DNA from: Actinomycetota bacterium
GTDB lineage: Bacteria; Actinomycetota; UBA4738; HRBIN12
Direction of reading: 5' to 3'
Assembly: GCA_052388025.1 (NCBI GenBank)
Contig: JBQTIP010000020.1
Location: forward strand, 14,332-78,331
Length of the DNA: 64,000 nt
Every line of letters starts with the position of its first letter. The stretch's first letter is position 1. The notes under the pieces are model-generated. The model was not told the origin of the DNA and made no database searches. It saw only the letters and a program-made list of their open reading frames with translations. Shown piece by piece: positions 1 to 9,256 of this stretch. Made by a program: the position numbers and the translations under genes.

Positions 1-48
1 CAGCTTGAACACCATCGCTTCGCCGAAAGCGCCAGCGAAGGCCTTGCT
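1..48 (-). CDS. Partial N-terminus of a hypothetical protein that runs off the left edge (MGSKAFAGAFGEAMVFKL...)
   Basis: ATG at 48 on the minus strand with an open frame to position 1; no recognisable motif; only 16 codons visible. Confidence 0.15.
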
Positions 49-288
49 CCCCATCGAAGCACGAGAGGTCGTCTAGCGCGTCATCAATGGCAGTCGAACA
101 GGGCCGGTAGCACGGTGTGGCGCGACAAGTCGATGACCCGCCGCGCCCTCCGGAGCCTCACCTCCCGCCGGCCGCACGTCCTGGATCCGGCCGCCGCGGA
201 TCACGACCTCCCGGCCGGACACCACCTCCCCGGCGAGCACATCGAACGAGCCGGCCGGCCCGGATGACCACAACCTCGGGCCCCATCC

Positions 289-624
289 TCAGCTCACCGA
301 CTCGTCTATCCACCCGAGGTAGTCGGGAAGCCCGCCAACGATCGGAAGCGCGGTGATCTCCGGGACCTCATACGAGTGCTCCTCGCGGATCGCCCTGGCC
401 ACGTCCTCGAAGCGGCTCCCCCGGGTCTTCGCGATGCAGAGCCACTCCTCGGCCGACTCGACCTTGCCCGCCCATCGGTAGCGGCTCGCGATTGGGCCGA
501 CGATCTGCACGCACGCGGCGAGCCTCGCGTCGACCAAGCCGTTCGCGATCCGATCCGCCTCCCCCCTGCTGCCCACGGCCGTGAAGACCTGGATGTGCTC
601 GGCGTCCATGAGATCACTCCTCAC
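289..624 (-). CDS. cutA: Divalent-cation tolerance protein CutA
   Basis: 111-aa ORF; sequence IQVFTAVGS...RLAACVQIVGPIASRYRWAGKVESAEEWLCIAKT matches the CutA1 fold signature; alternative start at the internal Met at 609. Confidence 0.7.
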   Translation of the reverse strand: MRSDLMDAEHIQVFTAVGSRGEADRIANGLVDARLAACVQIVGPIASRYRWAGKVESAEEWLCIAKTRGSRFEDVARAIREEHSYEVPEITALPIVGGLPDYLGWIDESVS

Positions 625-1204
625 GGTGCTTTCCCGGGTGCCACGTGTCGCCCAGCCGGGCGGTCGCGAACTCGAGCGGCGCGTCCTCGAGGTCGGTCGC
701 CATCGAGTCGTTCCAGCGGTTCAGGAATCCGAACAGTCCGATGACCGCCAGCATCTCGACGATCTCGCCTTCGTCCCAGTGCTTCCGGAGGTCCTCGAAG
801 TGCTTCGACGTGACCGCGTTCGGGACGACCGAGGCGTCTCGCGCGAATCGCAACGCCGCGCGTTCGGCTTCCGTGTACAGCGGGCTCCGCTCGAAGTCCC
901 AGATCGCCGAGATCTTTTCGTTCGGAACCCCGCGCATCATCGCGTCGACCGCCTCATGCGCCTGGCAGTACCGGCAGCCCGCGGCCTTGCTGGCGACCAT
1001 CGCGATCAGCGGCTTCAGCCCGACGGGGACCGTCCCGGTGCGCCAGATCTGGGTGATGAGCTCCGAGAACGCCATCAGCACCTCCGGTCGCCTGGCCATG
1101 GTGAAGAGGCTGTTCGGCACGAAGCTCAGCGTGTCGTCGTAGAGCCGGAACAGCGACTCCAGCTCCGGATGATCTTCCCGCCGGAGCGGCTCCACGTTTG
1201 CCAT
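614..1204 (-). CDS. Carboxymuconolactone decarboxylase / AhpD-like peroxidase family protein
   Basis: 196 aa; AhpD-type CxxxH core (AAGCRYCQAHE); helical CMD-family composition; 11-nt overlap with the cutA start suggests an operon. Confidence 0.65.
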   Translation of the reverse strand: MANVEPLRREDHPELESLFRLYDDTLSFVPNSLFTMARRPEVLMAFSELITQIWRTGTVPVGLKPLIAMVASKAAGCRYCQAHEAVDAMMRGVPNEKISAIWDFERSPLYTEAERAALRFARDASVVPNAVTSKHFEDLRKHWDEGEIVEMLAVIGLFGFLNRWNDSMATDLEDAPLEFATARLGDTWHPGKHREE

Positions 1205-1271
1205 CGATCCCCCTTGCGCCGAGTACGGGCGGAACCGTCAGACTATCCCGCAAGCTCGGAAGGGGGGAACG

Positions 1272-2033
1272 ATGAGGTTCGAGGGCAAGACCGCATTCGT
1301 GACCGGCGCGGGGCACGGGATCGGCGCGGCCACCGCCGTGCGCCTGGCGAGCGAGGGCGCCGCAGTGCTCTGCCTCGACAAGAACGGCGAGACGGCGGCG
1401 AAGACCGCCGACGCGATCGTGGTCGAGGGCGGCCGGGCCGATAGCGCCGAGGCAGACGTCCGCGACCGCCGGTCGGTGACGGCCGCGCTCGACCTCGCGC
1501 TCGACCGATTCGACGCGGTCCACTACCTCGTGAACAACGCCGGGCTCGTAACGATGACGGGCTTCGACGACCTGACCGACGACGAGTGGGACCTGGTCCT
1601 GGACGTGAACCTGAAGGGGCAGTTCATCGTCGGGCAGATCGTTTCTCCGGCCATCGAGGCGGCGGGCGGCGGCGCCATCGTGAACCTGGCGACGATCGAA
1701 TCCGAGGTGGTGGTGGCCTCCGGGCCCACCTGCCAGCCGCACTACAACGCCTCCAAGGGCGGCGTGAAGATGCTCACGAAGGCGATGGCCCACGAGCTCG
1801 GACCGAAGGGCATCCGCGTGAACGCCGTCGAGCCCGGTCCGATCAACACGGGCTTCGCCGGTGGCGACATCGACACGCCCGAGGCTCGGGCGTCCTGGTT
1901 GCCGCGCATGATCATCAAGCGGGCCGGCCGGCCGGAGGACGTCGCGGCCGTGATCGCGTTCCTCCTTTCCGACGACGCGTCGTTCGTCACCGGGGCGATC
2001 CTGCCGGTGGACGGCGGCTTCCTCGTGCATTGA
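1272..2033 (+). CDS. Short-chain dehydrogenase/reductase (SDR) family oxidoreductase
   Basis: TGAGHGIGAA Rossmann motif, NNAG motif, catalytic YxxxK (HYNASKGG); 253 aa; RBS GGAAGGGGGGAAcg 7 nt upstream. Confidence 0.85.
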   Translation: MRFEGKTAFVTGAGHGIGAATAVRLASEGAAVLCLDKNGETAAKTADAIVVEGGRADSAEADVRDRRSVTAALDLALDRFDAVHYLVNNAGLVTMTGFDDLTDDEWDLVLDVNLKGQFIVGQIVSPAIEAAGGGAIVNLATIESEVVVASGPTCQPHYNASKGGVKMLTKAMAHELGPKGIRVNAVEPGPINTGFAGGDIDTPEARASWLPRMIIKRAGRPEDVAAVIAFLLSDDASFVTGAILPVDGGFLVH

Positions 2034-2057
2034 GATGGGCGCGAAGCGAGCCGACCG

Positions 2058-2986
2058 TGGTTGAGCGGACGGAGATCGAGGCGGCTCACGAGCGGATCGC
2101 GCCGTACATCCGCAAGACCCCCGTGCTCGATCTCGAGCCCGGCGCGTTCGGCGTGCCCGGCCGCCTCGTCCTCAAGCTGGAACTGTTGCAGCACACCGGT
2201 TCCTTCAAGGCGAGACCGGCCTTCAGCCGCATGCTGGCAGCCGAGGTGGGTGAGAGCGGGGTCATCGCCGCCTCCGGCGGGAACTTCGGCGCTGCCGTCG
2301 CCTACGCGGCCCGTCAGCTCGGGCATCGAGCGGAGATATTCTTCCCGAACACCTCCCCGGACGTGAAGATCGAGAGGCTCCGGGAGCTGGGCGCCCAGGT
2401 CAACGTGATCCCGGGGTTCTACTCGGACGCGGCGGCGGCCAGCCGCGCTCGCGCCGAGGAGACCGGCGCGCTCGTCCTTCACCCGTTCGACCAGCCGGAG
2501 GTCGTGGCCGGCGACGGCACGGTCGGGATCGAGCTCTCCGAGCAGGTGCCGGACGCCGACACGGTGCTGGTCGCCGTAGGGGGCGGGGGGTTGATCGCCG
2601 GAATCGCGTCCTGGTTCGCCGGCGAGGTCCGGGTGGTCGGCGTGGAACCGGAGCTCTGTCCGAGCCTCCACACAGCGCTGCAAGACGGAGAGCCGGTGGA
2701 CGTCGAGGTCGGCGGCATCGCGGTCGACTCGCTCGGACCCCGGCGCGTCGGGGACATCGCGTTCGAGACGGCGAAGCGATTCGTCGATCAGGTCGTGCTG
2801 GTATCGGACGAGGCCATCCACGACGCTCAGCGCAGGCTGTGGCGTGACCTCCGCCTGATCAGCGAGCCGGGCGGCGCGGCCGCGCTCGCGGCGCTCACGT
2901 CGGTTGGCTATCAACCGGAAGCGGACGAGCGCCTAGTGGTCTTGGTCTGTGGGGGGAACACCGATCCCGCGTCGATCGCCGTCTGA
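2058..2986 (+). CDS. PLP-dependent threonine/serine dehydratase family (fold-type II) enzyme
   Basis: SFKARPA (SFKxRG-type PLP lysine motif) and the glycine-rich GGGGLIAGIA loop; about 309 aa from GTG 2058. The 466-aa ORF in the track is an N-terminal over-extension in a GC-rich frame. Confidence 0.75.
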
Positions 2987-3425
2987 TCGAGGGCTCGCTC
3001 ACCGCCTCCGGGCTCTCCTCATTCTGCTCCTTCTCTCGCCCTTCACGATCAGGGTCGCCTCGGCCGGATGCAGTGGAGCCATCATCTTCGTGGACGCAAC
3101 GAGCGCGTCGCCCGGCGAGACGATCGTGATCACGGGCGACGGGTGGCGGGACGACTGCTCGGATACGAGCAGCGGACCTCGCGGGGCGTGCGCCGCCGAG
3201 CCCGAGCCGGACCATCCCCTGAGCGACATCGTGATCGAGATCAGGAGGATCGGCGATCCCAACACACTGCTCAGGCTCGCCGAGGACGTCGCCGCGGACG
3301 GAGAGTTCCAGTTCCGAGTCGAGGTGATCGTCCCGAATCTCGAACCCGGCGAGTACGTCTTGATGGCGCATACGGGATCGGTCTCGGGGTTCCCGCGGCC
3401 AAAGCTGCAGATCGAGACCGAGTAG
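2949..3425 (+). CDS. Secreted hypothetical protein with a signal peptide
   Basis: GTG start overlaps the dehydratase 3-prime end; the N-terminus has a basic n-region followed by LLILLLLSPFTIRVASA↓G (signal-peptidase-like site); the mature part is acidic with no recognisable domain; start is uncertain. Confidence 0.4.
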   Translation: MGGTPIPRRSPSDRGLAHRLRALLILLLLSPFTIRVASAGCSGAIIFVDATSASPGETIVITGDGWRDDCSDTSSGPRGACAAEPEPDHPLSDIVIEIRRIGDPNTLLRLAEDVAADGEFQFRVEVIVPNLEPGEYVLMAHTGSVSGFPRPKLQIETE

Positions 3426-3521
3426 CCGCCCGGTCCGTGCCTTCCCTGGCGGGGGCCGTGTAACTCCGTCGCCGACTAGGGAGTACCGTCTCAGGGTTAC
3501 TCAGCGCGAGGAGAACGAAAC

Positions 3522-4857
3522 ATGGCTTCCCTCTCCATCGAGGATCTGTCCCGCAAGGACTACGACACGGTCGTCGTCGCGGCGCCCGATGTCCAAGGGC
3601 GGCTGTTCGGCCGGCGGATCCCGGCGAGGCGGTTCCTCACGGAACCCAGCCAGCACGTCGACATCTGCGTCTGTGCGCTCGTGTGGGACATCGCCGAATA
3701 CCCGGGCTTCAAGATTCCGTTCGCCGGCGCCCACACGGGCTGGCAGGATTTCTTCCTCGCGCCGGACCTCTCCACCCTCCGGCCGTATCCGGGCGTCGAG
3801 GGCACAGCGATCTGCATCGCCGACATCCACGACGAGACGGGCGAGCTGCTGGAGATCGCGCCGCGCACGATGCTCCGGCGGCAGGTCGAGCGCGCGGCCG
3901 GTCTCGGCTACGACGCCGTTATGGCCTCGGAGCTCGAGTTCTACCTGTTCCATGGTGACCTGCGCACGGCCCGCCTGAACCGCTTCCGCGACCTCGAGCC
4001 CACCACGCTCGTCCGCTCCGACTACAGCATCGTCGGGCAGGCCGTCCAGGAGCCGTTCATCCGCCGCGTTCGGAACGAGATGGACGCGGCCGGCATCCCG
4101 ATCTGGGCGTGCCAGGCGGAGTACGGCCTCGGCCAGTGGGAGGTGAACCTCGAGCACGCCCACCCGATCGAGATGGCCGACCGCCAGGTGATCTACAAGT
4201 CCGGAGTCAAGGAGATGGCGCTCCAGTCGGACCTCGCCTGCACGTTCATGGCGCGCCCGAACGACGACATGGGCTCGTCGGGCCACTTCCACGTCTCGCT
4301 CTGGCAGGACGGCGAGCCCGTGTTCGCCGAGCCCGGCGCGCGGCTCTCCGCCGTTGCGAAGGGCTTCCTCGCCGGGCTGATGAAGCACCTCGACGAGACC
4401 GCGCTGTTCTTCGCGCCGTACGTGAACTCCTACAAGCGCCACCTCACAGAGGACTTCGGCGGCGGCATCAACGGGTGGGGGCTTCGACAACCGCACGATC
4501 GCGTTCCGCGTCGTCGGGCACGGCGGCTCGCTGCGCGTCGAGCACCGCTACCCCGGCGCCGACGCGAACCCGTACCTCGCCGCGGCCGCGATCCTGGCCG
4601 CGGGGCTCGACGGCATCGAGCGCTCGCTCGACCCGGGCCCTCCGTTCGTCGGCAACGCCTACGAGGACCCGGAGCTGCCCCGCACGCCCGAGTCGCTGCT
4701 GGATGCGCTTAGCGCCTTCGAGGCATCGGCGTTCGTCGCCGAGACCTTCGGGAAGGAGGTGGTCGAGCACTACGGGGCGCACGCCCGCGGGGAGTGGGCG
4801 GGCTACCTCCGCGCCGTTACCGACTGGGAGGTCCTGCGCGCCTTCGAGCAAGCGTGA
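3522..4857 (+). pseudogene. Glutamine synthetase-like gamma-glutamyl-amine ligase (GlnA3/PuuA/IpuC-like), interrupted by a +1 G insertion
   Basis: ATG 3522 with RBS AGGAGAacgaaac. GS catalytic-domain sequence runs through ...FGGGINGW, then the frame breaks at the G5 run 4476-4480; the protein resumes in the -1 frame (GFDNRTIAFRVVGHGGSLRVEHRYPGADANPYLAAAAILAAGLDGIE...) and ends with TGA at 4855-4857. Confidence 0.7.
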
Positions 4858-4941
4858 CCGAAGGGATCGAACGCCGCCGGTTGCCCGGAAGGTCGTTCCG
4901 GAGCAACATAGCTCCGTCCCGCTCGCTATCGGAGGAACGAC

Positions 4942-6183
4942 GTGCTCACAAGCGAGATCGATCTCGCGAATCCCGACGGCTACGTCGAGCGGATCCCATA
5001 CGAGTGGTTCGACTACCTGCGCCAGGAGCAGCCCGTGTACTGGCACGAGGAGCCGACGCCGAACCACGGTTTCTGGGCGGTCACCCGCTACGACGACCTT
5101 GTCGCGGTCCACATGGACTGGCGGACGTACTCCTCGGAGCTCGGCGCCGTATCGCTCGAGGAGCTCGACGAGGAACAGCTCCAGATCCGCAAGACGATGT
5201 TGGAGACCGATCCGCCCCGGCACCGCGAGATGCGCAACGTCTGCAACAAGAAGCTTTCGGCCCGCGCCGTCGGCAGGTACGAGGAGTTCATCCGCGGCGT
5301 GGCCCGAGACGTGCTCGACCGGGCGCTGCCAATGGGCGAGCTCGACTTCGTCCAGGAGATCTCCAGGGAGCTCCCGATCCGGTTCCTCTGCGCGATCCTC
5401 AAGGTGCCCCAGGAGGACGCCACGATGCTGATCGATTGGGGCGACCAGATGATCGGCAACCAGGACCCGGACTTCTCGAGGGCCGTCGTCGACCAGGTGG
5501 ACACGGAGGAGTTTCGCTACCTGCCGTTCCGCTCGCCTGCGGCCCTCGAGGCTTTCGAGTACGCCGACCGCCAGCGCGACCTCCGGCTTGAGGAGCCGAC
5601 CGACGACGTCATCGCCGCGCTCACGGTCGCCCAGTCCGAGGGGATCCTGACCGAGCACGAGTTCCACACGTACTTCACGCTCTTGATGATCGCGGGCAAC
5701 GAGACGACTCGGCACACGATCTCCCACGGGATCCTCGCGCTGATGGAGCACCCCGATCAGATGGAGCGACTGCGGAACGACACTTCGCTCATGCCGACGG
5801 CCGTCGAGGAGATGCTCCGGTGGGCCACGCCTGTCCTGCACTTCCGGCGCACGGCGTCGTGTGACACCGAGCTCCGCGGAACGAAGATCAGGAAGGGCGA
5901 CAAGATCGTCACCTGGTACATCTCGGCGAACCGCGATGAAGCGGTGTTCCCGGGCCCCTACCGGTTCGATATCTCGCGCTCGCCGAACGAGCACGTTACG
6001 TTCGGCCCCGGCGGCCCGCACTTCTGCCTTGGGGCGCACCTCGCGAGGCTCGAGACCCGGATCCTGTTCGAAGAGCTGCTCCCCAGGCTGAAGTCGATCG
6101 AGCTCACCGGACCGGTCCAGCGGATGCGCTCCAACTTCGTGAACGGCATCAAGCATATGCCCGTCAAGGTTCAGCTAGTCTGA
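4942..6183 (+). CDS. Cytochrome P450 monooxygenase
   Basis: Heme loop FGPGGPHFCLGAHLAR, I-helix AGNETT, EEMLRW (ExxR); 413 aa; GTG start with RBS GGAGGAacgac. Confidence 0.9.
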   Translation: MLTSEIDLANPDGYVERIPYEWFDYLRQEQPVYWHEEPTPNHGFWAVTRYDDLVAVHMDWRTYSSELGAVSLEELDEEQLQIRKTMLETDPPRHREMRNVCNKKLSARAVGRYEEFIRGVARDVLDRALPMGELDFVQEISRELPIRFLCAILKVPQEDATMLIDWGDQMIGNQDPDFSRAVVDQVDTEEFRYLPFRSPAALEAFEYADRQRDLRLEEPTDDVIAALTVAQSEGILTEHEFHTYFTLLMIAGNETTRHTISHGILALMEHPDQMERLRNDTSLMPTAVEEMLRWATPVLHFRRTASCDTELRGTKIRKGDKIVTWYISANRDEAVFPGPYRFDISRSPNEHVTFGPGGPHFCLGAHLARLETRILFEELLPRLKSIELTGPVQRMRSNFVNGIKHMPVKVQLV

Positions 6184-6194
6184 ACCAGACTAGC
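6174..6194. terminator. CTAG-rich palindromic hairpin (gCTAGTCTG-aac-CAGACTAGc) overlapping the P450 stop codon; candidate bidirectional terminator between convergent genes
   Basis: 9-bp perfect stem with a 3-nt loop; TGA of the P450 gene at 6181-6183 lies inside the left arm; related copies at 26977-26997 and 52299-52321. Confidence 0.45.
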
Positions 6195-6220
6195 GTTAGC
6201 TCACCGGAACCCCGGGCCCT

Positions 6221-7708
6221 TCAGCTCTTAGCAGCCAGACGGTTGCCGACCTCGCGAGAGACGTCGATGAGCGCGAGAACGTCGTCGTCCGTCGTGCGGT
6301 AGTTCACGAAGCACGGGCGCAGGTACACCTTGTCGTCGATCAGCGCCGAGGCGATGTAGACCCGTCCATCCTTCATCAGCTCCTGCGCCAACCGGTGGTT
6401 GTGCGCGTTCAGGTCTTCGACTCCCTCGGGCACGTGTCGGAACGGCACGATCGAGAGCACCGGCGGGCCGAGCGGCTCCAAGTCGTCGTACTGCCGGACC
6501 TCCCGGTACAGCAGCTCCGCCTCGTCGAGGTTCCGCTGGATCGCCGCGCGGAACGCAGGCGCGCCGTGTGCCCGGAACGCAAGCCAGAACTTGAGGGCCC
6601 GGAAGGGCCGCGAGTACTCCAACGTGATATCGACCGCGTGCAGCTCGTGCCGCTGGTGAGGCAGGTACCCCTCCTCGTGCTTGAAGGCGGCCTCGAGCTG
6701 CTCCCGACGCTTGACCAGCACCACGCCGCACGCCTTCGGCAGATACAGCCACTTGTGCGCGTCCACGGAGCACGAGTCGGCCCTCTCGAGCCCGGTGAAC
6801 AGGTGCGCCTTCGACGGGACCGCCGCCGCCGGCAGCCCGTACGCGCCGTCAACGTGGAGCCAGACTCCTCGCTTCTCGCACACTTCGGCGAGCGGTCCGA
6901 TCGGGTCGACCGCTCCGGTCAACGTCGTCCCGGCCGTCGCCACGACGGCGATGGGCACCACCCCCTCCGCCCGGTCCCGGTCGATCGCCTCCGCGACAGC
7001 CTCCGGCCGCACGCCCCGGTCCCGGCCGATCGGCAGCGCCCGAACGTTCGCCGCCCCGATGCCGAGTAGCTCGGCGGCGCGGATGACCGAGTAGTGCACC
7101 TCCTCCGAGCAGTACAGGGCGACGCGCCGGCCCACGAGCCCCTCCGTCCTGCTCCCCGGAAGCGCGTGCTCGCGCGCCGAGGCGAGCACCGTCGTGTTGC
7201 TGACCGTTCCACCGCTGGTGAACGCGCCGCTCCCCGCCGGGAAGCCGATGAACTCGGCCGCCCACCGGACGGCCTGCTGCTCGATCTCCGTCGCCGCGGC
7301 CGCGTAGACCGCGAGGTTCGCGTCATAGCAGGCGGCGAGCGCGTCGGCGATCGCGCCGATCTCCAAGCCCGACGATCCGATGAACGCGAAGTACCGCGGC
7401 CGGGGCTGGGCGATTGTCTCGTCGAGGATCCGGGCGGCGTCCTCGAGAACCTCGAAGACCGGAGCCGGTTCCTCCGGCAGCTCCGTCCGAAGCAGCGCTC
7501 GCACGCGCTCGTCGAGCGGCGGCTCCTCCGGCCGGAAGCGGTCGAAGCTCCGCCAGGCCTGCTCGATCAGCTCCGCCGCGCGGGCGAGCGCCTCTTCCCT
7601 CGGCGCGTCGAGTCGGAGAGGGCGCTCGCCCCAGATCCTGTGCGTGTGTTCCCCGTCCGTGCCCGGCTCAACTCCCCGGCATCGGCGCTGGCCGCGCGAC
7701 CTCCTCAC
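6221..7708 (-). CDS. Group II PLP-dependent amino-acid decarboxylase (aromatic-L-amino-acid / tyrosine / diaminobutyrate decarboxylase family)
   Basis: PLP-lysine motif SVDAHKWLYLPKACG and the GSSG/TSGGT decarboxylase fold pattern. Most likely start is the in-frame GTG at 7708 (about 495 aa), overlapping the upstream permease by 40 nt; the ORF-track start at 7786 is less likely. Confidence 0.8.
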   Translation of the reverse strand: MRRSRGQRRCRGVEPGTDGEHTHRIWGERPLRLDAPREEALARAAELIEQAWRSFDRFRPEEPPLDERVRALLRTELPEEPAPVFEVLEDAARILDETIAQPRPRYFAFIGSSGLEIGAIADALAACYDANLAVYAAAATEIEQQAVRWAAEFIGFPAGSGAFTSGGTVSNTTVLASAREHALPGSRTEGLVGRRVALYCSEEVHYSVIRAAELLGIGAANVRALPIGRDRGVRPEAVAEAIDRDRAEGVVPIAVVATAGTTLTGAVDPIGPLAEVCEKRGVWLHVDGAYGLPAAAVPSKAHLFTGLERADSCSVDAHKWLYLPKACGVVLVKRREQLEAAFKHEEGYLPHQRHELHAVDITLEYSRPFRALKFWLAFRAHGAPAFRAAIQRNLDEAELLYREVRQYDDLEPLGPPVLSIVPFRHVPEGVEDLNAHNHRLAQELMKDGRVYIASALIDDKVYLRPCFVNYRTTDDDVLALIDVSREVGNRLAAKS

Positions 7709-9161
7709 CGGACCCGACCGCGCCGGCCGCCTGGGCGGACAGACGGAACTTGCCCCGGCCGACCAGCGCCAACAGGATGACCACACCGATCACCGCCCAG
7801 CCCAGCAGGAACCAGTACACCGTGTTGAACGGCGAGGGGACCTTGTAGACGCTCGCGAAGATGGCTCCCGCTTGGATGAGGAATCCGACGGCGCCCGCAA
7901 CGACCAAGGAGCCGCTGCTGACCTTGCCCCACAATCCTCTGAAGGCCGCCAGGGCAACCGCCGCATACACCACAGCGAGCGTGAGCCCGCCGTATCCAGC
8001 CTCCCATAGGAATAGCGGGAAGTACTCTGGTCCCCCGCCGGTGTCGAGTACTCCGTGCGCGAGGCGGACCCAGGCGATCTCGGCCACGGCGATCCCCACG
8101 ACCAGCACGATCGACACGACCGGCGTGCCGTAGCGCGGCGAAACCTTCGCCAGCGCGCCCGGGATCCTCCGGTCCCTTGCCAGGGCGAAGATCAGCCGGC
8201 TGGCCGCCACAGACGCGCCGATCCCGACGGCCGCGATATCCAGGAGCAGAATGATGTTCATCAGGTCGAACAGGAAGTTCGATCCGAAGCCGCCATCCGC
8301 GGCCGGAAGCGCCAGGACCAGCACCGGCGCCCCGCTGCCGGCCCACGCCTTCGCGTCGAGCCCGAACCCGATGGCCTCCGCGTACGAGGCCACGAGGAAG
8401 TACACGGTGACGACGGCGATCGACAGGAGCACGGCTCGGGGAACTGTTCGCTTCGGGTTGGGGGTCTCCTCGGAGAGGTTCGCTGCCGACTCGAACCCTA
8501 CGAACAGCAGGATGGCGTAGAGCACGCCGTAGAACATGTTGCCGAAGCCCCCGGCCTCGCCCGGGTTGAAGGGCTCGATGCTGTTCCCGCCGTGTCCGCC
8601 CTTCACGATGATGTAGAGGAGGAAGATCGTGACGACGCTCGCGGAGAAGAGCACGAGCGCGAGCTGCGCGCGGGTCGAGATCCGGACGCCGAAGTACAGG
8701 ACGCAGAACAGGATCCCCGTGTAGACCAGGTCGAGGACCCAGTACGGGATGTTGATGTTGTAGGCCTGGCTCAGGAAGTCGGCCGTGAGCCCGCCGATCA
8801 GGAGCGGGATCGCCACGGCGAGGACGATGAGCCCGCCCGTGTATACCCACCCGAAGACGAACCCCACCCGCTCGCCGACGCCGGCGGTGATGTAGTCGTA
8901 CAACGCCCCGCAGGCGTGGATCCTCTTCGCGTACTCCGCGATGATCCAGCCGAGCGCCGCCACCCCGATGGCTGCGATGAGGATGGCGATGGGAGTGGCT
9001 ACACCCGCGCCCTTCCCGGCGTTGTTGGCGCCCACGACGAGCGACAGCAACAGGATCGCCCCGAACACTGGGCCCATGAACCCCACGGTCTGGGCGACGA
9101 CGTCGATGAACGAGAGTTTCCCTTCGCCCAGCTTCTCGTATTCAACCTGCTCGATGGCCAT
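7668..9161 (-). CDS. APC-family amino-acid/polyamine permease
   Basis: 497 aa with about 12 predicted TM segments and APC signature composition (GxG-rich helices, FGWVYTGG); translationally coupled to the downstream decarboxylase, which is the classic precursor/product antiport operon layout. Confidence 0.85.
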   Translation of the reverse strand: MAIEQVEYEKLGEGKLSFIDVVAQTVGFMGPVFGAILLLSLVVGANNAGKGAGVATPIAILIAAIGVAALGWIIAEYAKRIHACGALYDYITAGVGERVGFVFGWVYTGGLIVLAVAIPLLIGGLTADFLSQAYNINIPYWVLDLVYTGILFCVLYFGVRISTRAQLALVLFSASVVTIFLLYIIVKGGHGGNSIEPFNPGEAGGFGNMFYGVLYAILLFVGFESAANLSEETPNPKRTVPRAVLLSIAVVTVYFLVASYAEAIGFGLDAKAWAGSGAPVLVLALPAADGGFGSNFLFDLMNIILLLDIAAVGIGASVAASRLIFALARDRRIPGALAKVSPRYGTPVVSIVLVVGIAVAEIAWVRLAHGVLDTGGGPEYFPLFLWEAGYGGLTLAVVYAAVALAAFRGLWGKVSSGSLVVAGAVGFLIQAGAIFASVYKVPSPFNTVYWFLLGWAVIGVVILLALVGRGKFRLSAQAAGAVGSGEEVARPAPMPGS

Positions 9162-9256
9162 ACTCGCCCCTTTCCATTTGACCGGGCCGATGCAGCGCCC
9201 CGCGACGCCCGAATGCTAGGCGATGCTCTTTATCCGAGTCCAATTGGTCGGCGCAG

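Noticed and set aside
73-273. 66-aa ORF on the minus strand upstream of cutA
   Set aside because: GC-frame composition, no RBS, no motif; treated as intergenic.
581-2030. Long ORFs 581-1444 (+), 954-2030 (-) and 1586-2057 (+), and many similar ones elsewhere (4109-5431, 4468-6156, 7705-8850, 8055-9473, 16910-18052, 18387-19322, 19520-21169, 28922-30937, 29112-30446, 30965-32635, 35023-36702, 62184-63341 and others)
   Set aside because: They are antisense to, or frame-shifted relative to, well-supported genes. Their translations are Arg/Pro/Gly-rich and low in complexity, which is typical of spurious open frames in 70% GC DNA.
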